From Octopus vulgaris (lineage: Eukaryota): a stretch of 64,000 nt of DNA. Of this stretch, positions 1 through 14,679 are shown piece after piece. The notes under the pieces are model-generated. The model made no database searches. It saw only the letters and a program-made list of their open reading frames with translations, and was not told where the DNA came from. Each line of letters begins with the position of its first letter. The first letter of the stretch is position 1. Where the stretch lies: NCBI GenBank assembly GCA_951406725.2, contig OX597830.1:51956001-52020000 (forward strand). The letters run 5' to 3'. A program made the translations under genes and the position numbers.

Positions 1-632
1 TACATATGCTTTTCAAACAAGAGGAGTGAAATGCAAGGCGATTTAACTACTATTTCGAGCAGACTGAACAGCCACGTAAAAGACAACCATCATTAGGTGC
101 ACGAGCATGGAGCCTCATTTGCCGTTGCTTTGTGATTATTGTTAGCAGTTGTTGCTGTTCTTGTTGCGGTTTACAATTTTACTACTGTATAACGGTTGTT
201 CATAGATTTCTTGTTTTTGTTGCCGTTGCTTTTGTCATGATGTCGGCGCTTCCATGTTTTGCAGAGGTGACGGTCATGTTGTGCTCGTGTGATGATCAGA
301 CATTAATTGAACTCCAACGATTGCTATCGCCTCCTCTAACAACGATACCATTCTCTGATAGAGGTGATAAACAACAGCCATCTTTGACGTTTTTTTCGCT
401 CGCTTTACTAAAAGTTGCTTTTATCTGATATTTTCTTTTAACTTCACTAAAAGTTTCTCTTAATTCCGTCTGTCCAGGGATTTCTCGACAGTAATTTGAA
501 CAACTTAAATCTCAACCTCTTATCTTTAAAACGTAAACTTTTAATTTTAGTCTTAAAATTCCCCTGGAGTCATGGTAATTCAAGCAATCAAGATCTTAGG
601 AAATACACCGCTTCCTACGGAATTGTGACAGG

Positions 633-660
633 TATAATAATAATAATAATAATAATAATC

Positions 661-695
<35 letters not shown>

Positions 696-725
696 CATAA
701 TAATAATAATAATAATAATAATAAT
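633..725. repeat. (ATA)n microsatellite
   Basis: Direct reading. Confidence 0.95.
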
Positions 726-844
726 AGGCGCTTACCACAACGCCTGAATAATCCACGAAATAGTGAGAAGAAGAGACTACTACTGCTGAGAGGAATCGAG
801 AAAGAAAATAAGAAAATAAGTAAATAAGAAGCGAATATTGACCA

Positions 845-2360
845 GCCGTTAATGAAAAACTAACGGATTTAAGCGACTTATACTGTGCAGCTTCTGTTGC
901 TGTGCAAATTTTAGTAGGGCTCAAACGAAGTCTTGGAAAGTAAATTGAATAGCTCAATAGAGATTTTGGATAGATGCACGCAATCATAAAACAGGAAAGG
1001 AAAAGATACTGGAATGAACCTTAAACGAAGTACATGATACACAAAGGATTGTAGTTAAAGAAGTGACAAGAGGGAAAAGAATCAAAGCCGTGTAAGATTT
1101 AAAACAAATTGATACAGAGAATAAGTAAGTTCCAGCAGAATAAATTCTTCAGGAGCAACGAAAGAAAATTCTATAAACCGCTGCAAAATAGAAAAAGAAA
1201 ATTACGGAAACAATATGCCAAATGCTGAGGCAGCAAGAAAATTTGGGGCAGGGGTTTGGAGCACAGAAGTCCAACATAATGTAAAAGCGGACTGATTGTA
1301 GGAATTCAAAAGAGGAATGGAAGATGGAGTAAAACATGAAATAACATTTTCAGATGAGAAAATGAAAGCGACGATCAAGAAAATATCAAACTTGAAAGTC
1401 CCTGGACCAGATTGTGTTCAGGGATTCTGGCTAAAAAGTCTCCCATGTATGCATAGAAAAAGGAATGCTGGCTGCATAGAAAAAGGAAGACTAGCATAGA
1501 TGACAAAAATAAGGGCAATACTGATTCGGAGGTCAAAAAAAAACAGAGGAAGTCATGAATTATAGACCTATGACATGCTCACCATTACACTGGAAATGAT
1601 TAAATAGTCTCAAGAAGATAAAATAGATAACTTTCTGGACAAGGAGAATTTATTGCAAAAGGGATGTAGAATGAAGTAGGAGGAACTTCTGTAGGATAGT
1701 GACTGAGACTCGAGTAAAAAAAAAAAGAATTTAGCTGTTGGCTTCGTAGATTACAGAAAGGCTTACAGCACTGTTCCACACTGCTGGTTCTGAGAGTATT
1801 TGAGCTCACTCTGAGTTAATGAGAAGATAAACGGCTTTTTTTTTGGGGGGGGGGCAAAAAATCAATGAAAGTGTGGGATATAGGAATAAGATGCATAAAT
1901 GAATCGATAGGTAACGTGAAAATACGTAGCTGTTTATTACAGGGAGACTAGCTTTCTCCATTTCTCTTCGTCATTGTGTTAATACCGCTGACAATTTTAC
2001 TGTCAAAATCCAGGCCTGATTGTGAGTTTACCAAAACCAAGGTTAAAATAAACCATCCTCAAATGGATGATCTCAAACAGTATATAAAAAGTGAAATAAA
2101 AGAAAAAACAGAACTAGATTCCCTAATCCAAATAGTACAAGTATTCAGCAACGATATTGGAATGCCGTTTGGGGTAAATAAATGTTTATGAAAATTATAC
2201 TATAAAATTATCACAAGATAATAACATTGGATCGCTGAAGAATAATGAGAGATACAAGTACCTAGGGGTGCTGCAATACAGAAAGGTAATAGAATGAGAA
2301 ATCAGAGAAAATCTCCAAAGGGTACAAGAGAAGAATTAGGAAAATGATCGAGACAAAATG
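845..2360 (+). mobile_element. Decayed R4/Dong-like non-LTR retrotransposon RT fragment
   Basis: Broken frames with KVPGPDCVQGFWLK, NYRPMTC, QGD*LSP, INHPQMDDLK, FSNDIGMPFGVNKC and YKYLG motifs; many stops and frameshifts. Confidence 0.75.
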
Positions 2361-2368
2361 GAGGGAGT

Positions 2369-2578
2369 ACCTGTTTCCTTACTACCCACAAGGGGCTAAA
2401 CACAGAGGGGACAAACAAGGACAGACAAACGGATTGAGTCGATTACATTGACCCCAGTGCGTAACTGGTACTTAATTTATCGACCCCGAAGGGATGAAGG
2501 GCAAAGTCGACCTCGGCAGACGAAATACAGCCCAGCATTTCGTCTGGCGAGCTAACGATTCTACCAGCTCGCCGCCTT
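2369..2578 (-). mobile_element. Octopus tRNA-derived SINE (OR1-like)
   Basis: Head GGCGGCGAGCTGG...CGTTAGC and body GAGGTCGACTTTGCC...AAGTACCAGTTACGCACTGGGGTC; many copies in the window. Confidence 0.8.
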
Positions 2579-4181
2579 AAATAGTGGGAGTACCATTAAG
2601 ACAAAAGTACATGAGCTATGTCAATGTTAAGCTACTCTGCACCCTCCCTGAAATGGGCAAAGGTAAGGTTGCAGAACTTAGAAGAATCAGGAAGCTGCTC
2701 ACCATGCAGCACGCACATCACCCTAAAAAACAATATCGACTGATTTTACCCAACACCGTAGTTTGTTTTCCCTAGGTGTCGGAAAGACACTTGGCAAGAA
2801 AAGGAAATAAAATTGAAAGAAGAAAAAAAAAAAAAAAATAATAATAATGGTTTCAAAATTCGACCCCAAAAGGATGAAAGATATGTCGACCTCGGCGCAA
2901 TCTGAAGGCGAATGAAATGCCGCTAAATATCTTACCCGGCATGCTAACGGTTCTGTGAGCTCGCCATAACATGCAGAGGGTCTTTGTCAGGTAACTTGGT
3001 CGCTGTAAATGACAGGTAAGTATGTTATCGACTGTAGAAGCATAAAACCCAAAGTAAGATTTGAAACCAGAACGTATAGTAATTCTGCCCAATCGCAGAC
3101 TCTACTGGAGACAAGTCCAAGAAATATCGTCTTTACTACAATCGAACCTCATTTTTTCTCATATTCTTCCTCTCGTTATTTTATGGTGCTTTTTCTTAGA
3201 TTTGCTCAAAAGCTAACGAGATATAACAGCAGAACCCTAAAATCCTGCCCCTTCCACTCACCCTTCGGTTGCAACGTTAAATATTCTTTGAATATTTGTT
3301 TAGAGCAGGTTAAAGGAGAGGTCAACGAAAGGTTTATCGATTTTAATCTCGACCATTCACTGGATAATATCAATGTGACCAAAGGGAGCGTCTTTTATTC
3401 AGTCTTAGTAATGTTAATGATATGTGTTGTAATAAAACGAATATTATACAGTATCCAACAGATATCCGTACCGACCGCAAATAAAGAGAAAAAAGAATAA
3501 TTGAAAAATCTTTCTCCACTACCACCACCACCAAAGTGAATCCATAAATTAGAAATCAGATTAATGGCTGTACATTTATTTATTTATTTATTTGTTTATT
3601 TATTTTATTCTTGCAATGAAATAACCTTTAGTTTCTTTTGGGTTTTTTTTGGGGGGGTTTTTTTTGTTTTGTTTTTTGAGGTATCAAATTTCTTGCTATT
3701 AATGCTGAAGGGAAAACTAGCAAACAGCGTCATGAATTTAAATGTCGTTTCTGTTCCACTCTTTCACAATAAGGAGCCATTCTGTGTTAGAGTAGTAGAG
3801 GTGAAAGGACTCAACAAACCTTTGCGGACTTCTTTGTCTTCAGACATATAAATAGTTCAACAAATGCTTAATTGTAGGACTCTCTTTAAGGACTTGAAAT
3901 GATAAACAAAGAAGGCAATGACATTAACGGCAATTTAGTTATAAGTGACATTAAGACGATAAGATAGAGTGGAGGTTGGATATCGATGGGAAAACGACGG
4001 TGTAGGGGAAAACGTTGAGGTTAGGATGAAGAGGAGACTTTTTTGATGGTGAGGTGGTGAGGGGTGAATCAATATTACGATGGCGGGATGGGGAAGGTCC
4101 ATGGTGTGATGGCTGAACAACAATAAAACAAAGGAGTGGGGATCAGTAGAATGGTGGAGATATGAATTTCTTAGTAGTAGT

Positions 4182-4225
<44 letters not shown>

Positions 4226-5204
4226 ATGAACTTTTTGTTAGTAGAAAATGGATCTCTGGTTCTACTTCAGAAGGTGCTTATTGTATGAAGAATACAATGC
4301 AATAAGAGAACACTTATATGGTTCGTTTTTGTATCTGGTTTGCAAGATTATTTATGTGAATTCGTGTGTTGAAGCAAATTTTATTGTGTCTGGGGTGAGT
4401 TATATTGCCTTTATGCCTTAATATCTAACACACTCACGCGTTCAATTTCCACTCATTTGTTATTTATATCGTTTTTTCCGAAAAACTTTCGTTGCTTTTG
4501 CAACCTTGTCAATGGACGTTGGCCAATGTGGTTATTCGATCAGCAAAACAAGCAATCAAATCTCCTGGAAGTCGGATTATGAATGGCCGGAATGTCTCAT
4601 CAAACACGACAGAAATGGGTCTAAACAACAACAACAAAATCAACAATAGAATTGCTCCTATGTGAATCCTTAACTTGCTAGAAATAGAAGCGTAAATATC
4701 CTAGATCTATGAATATTATAGTCCTTTACCAATAGAAAATGGGAATGTTACAACTGAACGACATGGGTCATAAGTCGGCTGGATTTTGGTGGATCTGGAG
4801 CAAAACGACAACCAGCATAGAGACTAAGAGCAATGAAATCTTCACAATATATACTAGAAATACCAGCTAAATGTCACTCAAATCACAACATATGATGAAA
4901 AGAAAGTACGCGAAAGAGTGTAGTACTCGTCCTTTTTTCAGACAGAATGGTCACGGCTAGAACTTCGCTAATTATAAGTGTGTTCAATCACAGTCGACTT
5001 GGGGCCTCAACTACGTGGTTCGTGAGTGTTTTTGTTTGTTTAAGTGTGTACTAAGAATAATCTGTTGACTGTATTATAGTCAATGCCATAGCTTTGGTAA
5101 GATATGTTCTGAGTTACCTCTCTGACATCAATGTCTGGGAATCCGATTGGTGGTGATTCTCGGCAGATATGGAGCTTTTACATCTTTTTATTATAAAAGA
5201 GAAT

Positions 5205-5478
5205 TATTCATTAAAACTCTATTCTCTCCATCGCCACAGTGAGGGATACATAATTTGCACGATGTGGAGAATATACCACCAGTATTGCCCAAACGACCTC
5301 AACATTAGCTTCAGAATTCATACAAGGCTAGGACCAAGGGCCATACATCCCCTACCCAAATCAGGATTACAACACATAAATACACTGCAGCACAATTTCT
5401 TTTCCTCAACAGGCCCTGCTCTGTTTAATTTGTCCCGGGCCAATCTTTAATTGAAACACATCTAAGTCTATATAAGTT

Positions 5479-5480
<2 letters not shown>
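5205..5480 (+). mobile_element. Short, internally deleted 3' fragment of the same CR1-like LINE
   Basis: LKLYSLHRHSEGYIICTMWRI...RLGPRAI matches 45830-46060; same acatctaagt tail. Confidence 0.75.
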
Positions 5481-5516
<36 letters not shown>

Positions 5517-5609
5517 TGTATATATGTATGTATGTATGTATATCTGCATGTGAGTATATGCGTGTTACTGTGTGTGTACACGTTTATATGTCTGTACAGT
5601 TACTATATG

Positions 5610-5845
5610 TCTTATTTCTTTACTACCCACAAGGGGCTAAACATAGAGTGGACAAACAAGGACAGACAAACGGATTAAGTCGATTATATCGACCCCAGTG
5701 CGTAACTGGTACTTATTTCATTGACCCCGAAAGGATGAAAGTCAAAGTCGACCTCGGCGGAATTCGAACTCAGAACATAACGGCAGACGAAATACCGCTA
5801 AGCATTTCGTCCGGCGTGCTAACGGTTCTGCCAGCTCGCCGCCTT
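5610..5845 (-). mobile_element. Octopus SINE (OR1-like), full length
   Basis: Same consensus, with B-box GAGTTCGAATTCC. Confidence 0.85.
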
Positions 5846-6260
5846 TCAGTTAGTATGTGTCTATCTACGTGTGTACGTGTCTATATGTATATATGTGTAT
5901 ATGTGTATATGAGTGTGCGTTTGTATGCGTATATGTATGTGTCTGTATGCGTCTATGTGTGTGTTTGTTCATGCCTGTGTGTGATATTATAGCTGTATAT
6001 ATTGGTGTATGTGTATGTGTGGGTATATTACAAACACAAATATCTGTATGTGTGTCTATGTATATTGTTGTGCGTATATAATTCGATACATGTTTGCATG
6101 TGCGATTGCCCGTGTACATGTGCGCAAGTATGTGTGGGTATGTATGTATAATGCATCTTCGAAAGTATGTGTTAATTGCTGATTAACTTGCTTTTTACTA
6201 ATTACGAAATGTGTGATAAGCATCTGGTTGTTAACAGCAGCATAATTGACTATAGATACA

Positions 6261-6303
6261 GTTGTTGTTGTTGTTGTTGTTGTTGTCGCTGTCGTTGTTG
6301 TTG

Positions 6304-6335
<32 letters not shown>

Positions 6336-6425
6336 GGTGGTGGTGGTGGTGGTGGTGGTGGTGGTGGTGGTGGTGGTGGTGGTGGTGGTGGTGGTTGTGG
6401 TGGTAGTGGTGGTGGTGGTGGTGGT
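6261..6425. repeat. (GTT)n(GGT)n microsatellite
   Basis: Direct reading. Confidence 0.95.
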
Positions 6426-7061
6426 ATGGTGGAAGTGATGTTAATGGCAGTAGAAATCCTGGGGACAATGGCACTAGTAGTTGTGGCGGCACTCGTGTTG
6501 GTGGTGGTAGAGCTAGTAGTGCCGGTGGTGGTAGCAGTAGGAATGTTGGTGTTGGTTTTGGCGATATAGTCGTTGAAGTGGTGGCCGCGGTGGGGTGGCA
6601 GTGATGAGGATGTTAGTGATGTCGGTGACTTTAGTGTTGGTTTTGATGGTGATGGTTATAGTGTCGGTGGTGCTGGTGGAAACGATGATAATGGTGGTGG
6701 TGGTGGTGGTCTGGCGGTTTTCAATGGCATTGAGGAAATTTTAAGATTCCTTGTTCAAGATAGTAAATAATGCTATTTGTATAATCAGTGGTGAAACGCT
6801 AATGGATATTCTTGATTACTCTCGGCACAGGATTACTACGGATTCTTGCTCATTGCCGGTGATTTCCTTTCTGAAACTCCAAACTATTTCTTGACGATGT
6901 CCAAACTTATTCAAATTCAATGCCTAATTTCGTTCTACACACGCGCAAACACGCCAGCGCCGGTGCGTATTTAAATGATTATATTCGGATATAGCTACCA
7001 TTCTTACTTTATTTTCTTCATCTTCTCGAATACATATATCAGTGTGTATGTGTGTGTGTAC

Positions 7062-7110
<49 letters not shown>

Positions 7111-7270
7111 AAACTTAAAATGTAATATATGTCCTTGAAGTAGTAAGTGTACGCGGCTGAAGAAGGCCATAGACACACATTTACATCAATTATGCATTGT
7201 TATAAAACCGTCTAATAAAGGCCCGAAACATATGTACCGAAAATTCCTTTGAATCATGTTTTTATTTTGA

Positions 7271-7334
<64 letters not shown>

Positions 7335-7360
7335 CATACATACATACATACATACATACA

Positions 7361-7392
<32 letters not shown>

Positions 7393-7711
7393 CATGTACT
7401 CATATATAAAAATAGTTATATATTCGAAAATTACTATTTTCAAATCTCACAACGATATTCAGTAACAGTACTTTGGAGTACAGATTGTTCGCCAACATAA
7501 CATGGCAGTCGTTTAGGAAGAATGTTGCTGCAATTTAGCCACAGGAGACATCGTCTCTAGCTGGCTATACGACACGATCTGTGTCCTTATATTTTCGAAC
7601 AAGGGAATCTAGCACCCCCACTCAGCTCAAAACAATATCTGTGTATCGTGAACGGAAATAACCTGGAAATCGTGATACACAGATGTTGTTTTGAGCTGAG
7701 TGAGTGTATTT

Positions 7712-7794
<83 letters not shown>

Positions 7795-7795
<1 letters not shown>

Positions 7796-8003
7796 TGGCA
7801 AGATGGTGGAATGTTTACCAAGCCGGGCAACATACTTCGGGGCATTTCGTTCTTCTTTACATTCTGAGTTGCCGCTGAAGTTGACTTTGCCTTCCACCTC
7901 TTTGGGGTCGATAAAATACGTACCAGTCAAGTACTGGCGTCGATGCAGTCGACTTTCCCCTGCCCTTCAAATTGCTGGCCTTGTGCCACAATTTGAAACC
8001 AAT
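7795..8003 (+). mobile_element. Diverged OR1-related SINE
   Basis: ttctgagtt...gttgactttgccttcc...gggtcgataaaat...gtaccagtcaagtactgg. Confidence 0.65.
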
Positions 8004-8020
8004 GTATATATGTATATGTA

Positions 8021-8085
<65 letters not shown>

Positions 8086-8263
8086 TTGTTTCACGGTTTT
8101 GGTCTGCGGCCATGATGGCAACATATTTGTGTGTGTGTGTGTGTGTGTGTGCAGTGTTTGATATTCCGAATCAGATTTTGATATTCCAGTAAATGAATTA
8201 ACAAACAAACGCCCGCGCACACACGCATGCAATATTTACACACCCAAGCAACCAGCAAACATC

Positions 8264-8303
<40 letters not shown>

Positions 8304-8368
8304 TAGATAGATAGATAGATAGATATATAGATATGTATGTATGTATGTATGTATGCATGTATGCATGT

Positions 8369-8436
<68 letters not shown>

Positions 8437-9522
8437 TATTATACACACCCATATAGATAGATAAATATACATATACATATATATATACATTATTACATAT
8501 ATACATAATTATATATTTCGATGCTTAAACACACCTCACTACGTGCATATTTACATACGTGAATTCATAATAGATTAAAACAAATCGTCGTAGCACATAT
8601 TTTGATTACAACTGCCAAGTAATCCATACCAATTATTATTGAACAGCAACCAGATCGATTTCACTGGGAACCCTTTCATATATCCGACATACGAAATGGC
8701 AAACGGCAAATCTTAATGTTGAATAAAAACGCGTGATGTATCGTATAACCTGTATACGTGCAATGGTTGTTCTCTTGTCTTTAGTTCGTTCTTCCTGTCT
8801 ATCGGTATCTCTTACTATATGTCAATCTGTCTTTCTCTATCTATATAGATATCTGTCATTCGGTCTGTCTGACTGTCTGTCTCTCCATCTGTTTGTCTCT
8901 GTTGACGTCACTGTCGTTATATCGTCTTACGAGAGACTGTTCAAATAAACTCGCCGATGATTGCCAAAATTGTATCTATAAATATATGTGTTCGTTTGTG
9001 TATGTATGTGTGTGTGTGTGTGTGTATGTGTGTGTGTGTGTGTATGCGTGTGTGTCCGTCCGTGTGCAGTGTGTAGGGAAGACTGATGATCGATATATAT
9101 TCCTCCATACATATACAAAAACGCATATCAACACGCAAAAACCACATATGCACATGTAACTGTATACATGTGTATATATATACACACACACATATATAAT
9201 ATATGTATGTATGTATATCAATATGTGTATGTATGTATGTATATCTATGTGTGTATGCGTGTTTGTGCACGTGTGCAATTGTGTGCATGTGTGCATATGT
9301 GTGTGTACCTATGTGTTTGTTTGTGTGTGTGTGCGCGTATGAATTGATGGCTCCAGATTGCATACAAATTCTACATAAATTGAAGATAAGCCTATATAAA
9401 TCAACAATCGCGTTGTTTTATCGTATTTTTACTTTTTTTGGCTTGTTTAGAAAAACATATCACAGTCATATCCTTACATTCAAACTCACCACCCATGCAC
9501 ATACAAATGTATATTAGTTTAC

Positions 9523-9965
<443 letters not shown>

Positions 9966-10024
9966 TGACTGATCGATATGCGGCCATACATCTGCGTCTG
10001 TTCCTGATTTTTGTTGTGTGTGTG

Positions 10025-10120
<96 letters not shown>

Positions 10121-10518
10121 TGTGAGTGTGTGTGTGTGTGTGTTTGTGTTAGGAATCCTACTCTTCTGACTACGCCCACCTGTACACAAATAGAATTACT
10201 TTTCACTCGTATTTGATCTGCCAATGTTGTTATTTCGTATTCTTGCCCTCGCATAGGGCAATATTTCCAAATTGGTGCAGGAACCATTCCAATTAGGACA
10301 GACAATTGATTAGATGTTCGTGGGCTTGTAGAACTATGCATTTTCGTATATGTGCGGCTGTGCGTGTGTGGAGGGCGTGCGCGTGTATGTGTCTGTCTGT
10401 GTATTTTTCTTTGCCCACACATAACAAAGCTACGCAGTGTCATCCACTTACTAAAACGCATTAATATACATATATATGTGTGTGTGAGAATTGGTATGTA
10501 TGTATATATGCATGAATG

Positions 10519-10576
<58 letters not shown>

Positions 10577-10593
10577 CATACATACAGAGAGTA

Positions 10594-10667
<74 letters not shown>

Positions 10668-11265
10668 GAGTATATATATATATATACTCTCTGTATGTGT
10701 AGAAATTGAATATATATACATACCAATATTCGTATATATTATTTATATGTATATACATGTATATACATATATAAATAGATATAAAATACATCAAATACAG
10801 GAGATTACTAACGAGTGAAAAATACGTAAGCATGCGAGAGATAAGTACAGGACAAAATACAAAAAAAAAAAAGTATACATTAAGAACAGTACATCACCAA
10901 CGAGCGAAAAATACATAAACACATAATGAGAGACAAGTACTGGACAAACTACCCGAAGAAGTCTAACCCCTCTTCAGTTAATTACTCCCTATTTCGAGCT
11001 TTCAACGGCAAGATAGAAGACCTTCATAAAACAGCGGCATCCAGAAATTTTTGAAATATAAAATTTGTGGAGAGTTAGAGCTTCGAATGAACAAAGAACG
11101 GTAGAGAGGAAGTACGGAGTAAGCAATCGACGAATACAAACATTAAGGGCCGTTAGTCCAAGACGCATTGTAATGTGTAAGGCCAGGGAGAAATTTTGAA
11201 AGGATATAGAACAAATAGAAGAGAGGAAAATAATAGAAGACAAAAAAAAATAAAGAAAGAAAAAT

Positions 11266-11483
11266 ACCTATTTCTTTATTAACCACAAGGGGCTAAACAT
11301 AGAGGGGACAAACATGGACAGACATAGGTATTAAGTCGATTATATCGACCACAGTGCGTAAACTGGTACTTAATTTATCGACCCCGTAAGGATGAAAGGT
11401 AAAGTCGACCTCGGCGGAGTTTGAACTCAGAACGAAATGGCAGACGGCTACGCATTTCGCCCGGCGTGCTAACGATTCTGCCA
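11266..11483 (-). mobile_element. Octopus SINE (OR1-like)
   Basis: Matches the 5610-5845 copy. Confidence 0.8.
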
Positions 11484-11739
11484 AATACCGGGAGACAAGG
11501 AAAACGACACCCAGCTGAGAGGACGTCTGGTCCAGAAATGACAGAGGTGAGAGAAATGGCCTGTAGTCACGTGGGAGCAAACAGGCAGAGGAAAGTGGGG
11601 ACAAGCGAGGGAATGAGGGAAATAAACAAAAGGAGTGAGAAGGGAGAAGGAACGAAAGATAGTAGGGTGTGAATGCAAGATAAACAGGGTACAGCAAAGG
11701 AGAGGGAGAAACGGAAAATAAAAAGGATTATAGAGGGAT

Positions 11740-11813
<74 letters not shown>

Positions 11814-12885
11814 GAAAAAGGTAAATTCTTTGAGTAACACTCGTACGATTTTCACTAAGAAAAAAGAAAAAAAAAACTCGGATTTTTTGCGTGGAATCAA
11901 GTACCCTGACTAATATGCTGCAAAACCTTTTTTTGGGTCCGAAAAACGGGATGGATTGAGATGGAAGCCTCAGAAATTTCACCCCCACCTCCATTGATCT
12001 TTTCACCATCACGATTTTCACTAAGGAAAAAAACACACTCGGATTTTTTGGCGAGGAATCAAGTACACTGCCTTCTAATATGCTGCAAATCCCTTATTTT
12101 GGTTCGGAAAAAAGTGAGGAGCGTCATTCGGTTTCCAGACATAACGTGAGAAGATAAATTGATTTTATTTCTTTGTGAGAAGGAGATTGTATGCAGGTTA
12201 TATCTACTCTTAAATGTTTGCTCTGTTAAAATATTTAGTTTCTTTGGATAAGAATGTCTTGTCTTGTAGCGGACGAAATGCTGATAAGCATTTTATCCAG
12301 CGTGCTAACGATTTTGCCAGCTCGCTGCCTTACCCTGATTAGTAATATTAATTAAAGAATTTTTAAACGGCGTGTTCATAGTTGAACTGAGTTTGATCAT
12401 AGTCCTGCTCAATCAAGATTAACCTAGGGCATTCATTACATATCAAAATTTTAAAACTTCACTACATCAATTAGCAAACTTAATTGGTGGAATTTAAAAA
12501 GGTTGTGTGTCATAACTACAATTTTTTAATCATATGTCTCTTCTCGATCAGGATCAACCTGTGGCTAAAACCCTTAACAGATTGTAAATATAAACTGTGT
12601 TGAAGAAAAGTGCAATTTAGCCAAGAACAGAACGTAGCGGCTGAGGCGAGATGCAGCTTTGAAACTATGTATCTAAAGCATTTGTCTGAGAAACATGTGT
12701 GCGCGAACGTGTGTGCGTGTGTGTGTGTGCATATACATTATATACATAGATTTGTGCTTACAGTAAAAACATATTTTCTTTGAGATATATTTGTTTTGAA
12801 TTTTTGTTAATAAATATTTTATGATCGATATAGATTTAAAGAGTGTCATTCGCTATCAAAAATGACTTGGTAACAAGCACCGTAC

Positions 12886-13042
12886 ATCGACCCCAGTCTC
12901 CACTGATACTTATCTCATCGACCCTGAAAGGATGAAAAGTGAAGTCGACCACGGCGGAATTTGAACTCAAAACGTGTAGACGGACGAAATGCCGCTAAGC
13001 AGTTTGTCCGGCGTGCTAACGATTCTGCCAGTTCGCCGCCTT
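12886..13042 (-). mobile_element. Octopus SINE (OR1-like), 5' part
   Basis: Matches the SINE head consensus. Confidence 0.75.
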
Positions 13043-14644
13043 GATGGCACCTTATATATTGACACCAAAAGGACGGAAGATAACATTGACCTCAAAGAAA
13101 TTTGAACTCGGCACACAGAGAGCCATAAAAATTATTCCAATACATTCTATCCGAAGATATAAAAACTTTGCCAACCACCTTAGAGCTTATTCCTCTAAAG
13201 TAGCTGGCAAAGTCTTTAATAACTTAAATGGTAGTTAACATAGCTACCTCCGTATTACAGCTATTTCACCTCAATTCAGTTTTTTAAATAATTTTATCAT
13301 AACCCTCGCCCAAAAAGTTAAGCTTATTTCTCAGATTTTAACGAAATGTCTCCCTCGGATATTTCACGTCTTTTCAAATTTTTTAAACATTGTTTCTCTC
13401 AGCCATTGAACTTTTACTTAGATTTGAATCTAATATATATTTCCCTTCAGCTTGCCCCTACTCAGATCATAATTTAATCCTTTAACAGCGGACGTCAGAT
13501 ATTTCCACTCAAAATTTCATTACTCTTAACTGCAGAAACTAATTTTACGCACCAATCAATATTTTCGCGAGGTATGTCACGTTTTAGTTTTTGTTGAGAT
13601 ATGTCAGGTTTATTGAGGCAACGTAACCTGGGGAAAATACCAGTTCTATTTTACTATGACATTTTATTCTAACCATGATATTTTATTTCGCAATTGAAGG
13701 GTTAATATGTTTTTCCTTCCGAAAACATTTTAACCAAATGCATTTTCCCCTGAACTATTTTATCTCTGCCCAGATATCAAATTATTGTCTCTTCCAGCCA
13801 TTTTAACTATACTCAACAATTGAATAAACAACTCTTCTAGGTGAGCAATTTTTATCAATTCGAATGTTGATATTTTTACCCTCTAAACGATTTTTGATGT
13901 GTGTATTTAGCAACGCATAAGTACTATTAAATTTGTATTTCTTGTAATAAACATCACCGTCTGACAAGTTAAATCAAAATCGACCAGTTAATGTAATGTT
14001 GTTTTTAGAAAACAATCTTAGACGAAGCAGTAGATGTCTTCTGATTCTATTGACACATTGGAAGTATTTACAATTTTACCATTTTTATTAATCATCAACT
14101 AGCAATGTAGATAGCTGGGAACAATCAGTGGAACCAAACACCGTTATTTCAAACTCTCTTTCAATTTCGAAAATGGTCAGGTTTGGTTAAACACTTCCGT
14201 CAGTAAATGTTTAGTTTTAGATTCGCTCTAGAATGAAATCTTACCAATTCAGCACCGTCAGTGGGAACCGGTAATTAGATGTTTACAAGAACGAGATGCA
14301 TTGAATCAGTTCTGGTGTGGAATATTTTCAAATGTTTGTTATCTTTATTTAAAGAGGAATCGAATAATTAAAAATATTTGAGCAATTCTAAGTAAGTTAA
14401 AACCATGTTTAGTATTTGTATGATGTGGCTGTGCCTGTCTTTCTTTCTCTGTCTCTCTCACTCTTTCCATTTCTCCCCCCCTCTCTTTCTCTCTTTCTCT
14501 CCGTGTTTACCAAAGTGTATATTACTCTTGATCGTCATTTGGTCCAACTGTAAGACTTCTGTAGACCCGAATGTCGGAAGGGAAGAATGTTTTGAGAGAG
14601 AACAATAAGAAAGTTGGTTCTATGGTGTGTATGTATGTGTGTGT

Positions 14645-14679
<35 letters not shown>

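Noticed and set aside
6246-6770. Gly/Val-rich ORFs
   Set aside because: Decaying (GGT)n/(GTT)n repeat.
10940-10985. Minus-strand CTGAAGAGGGG hammerhead start
   Set aside because: No matching stem II/GAAA half found downstream.
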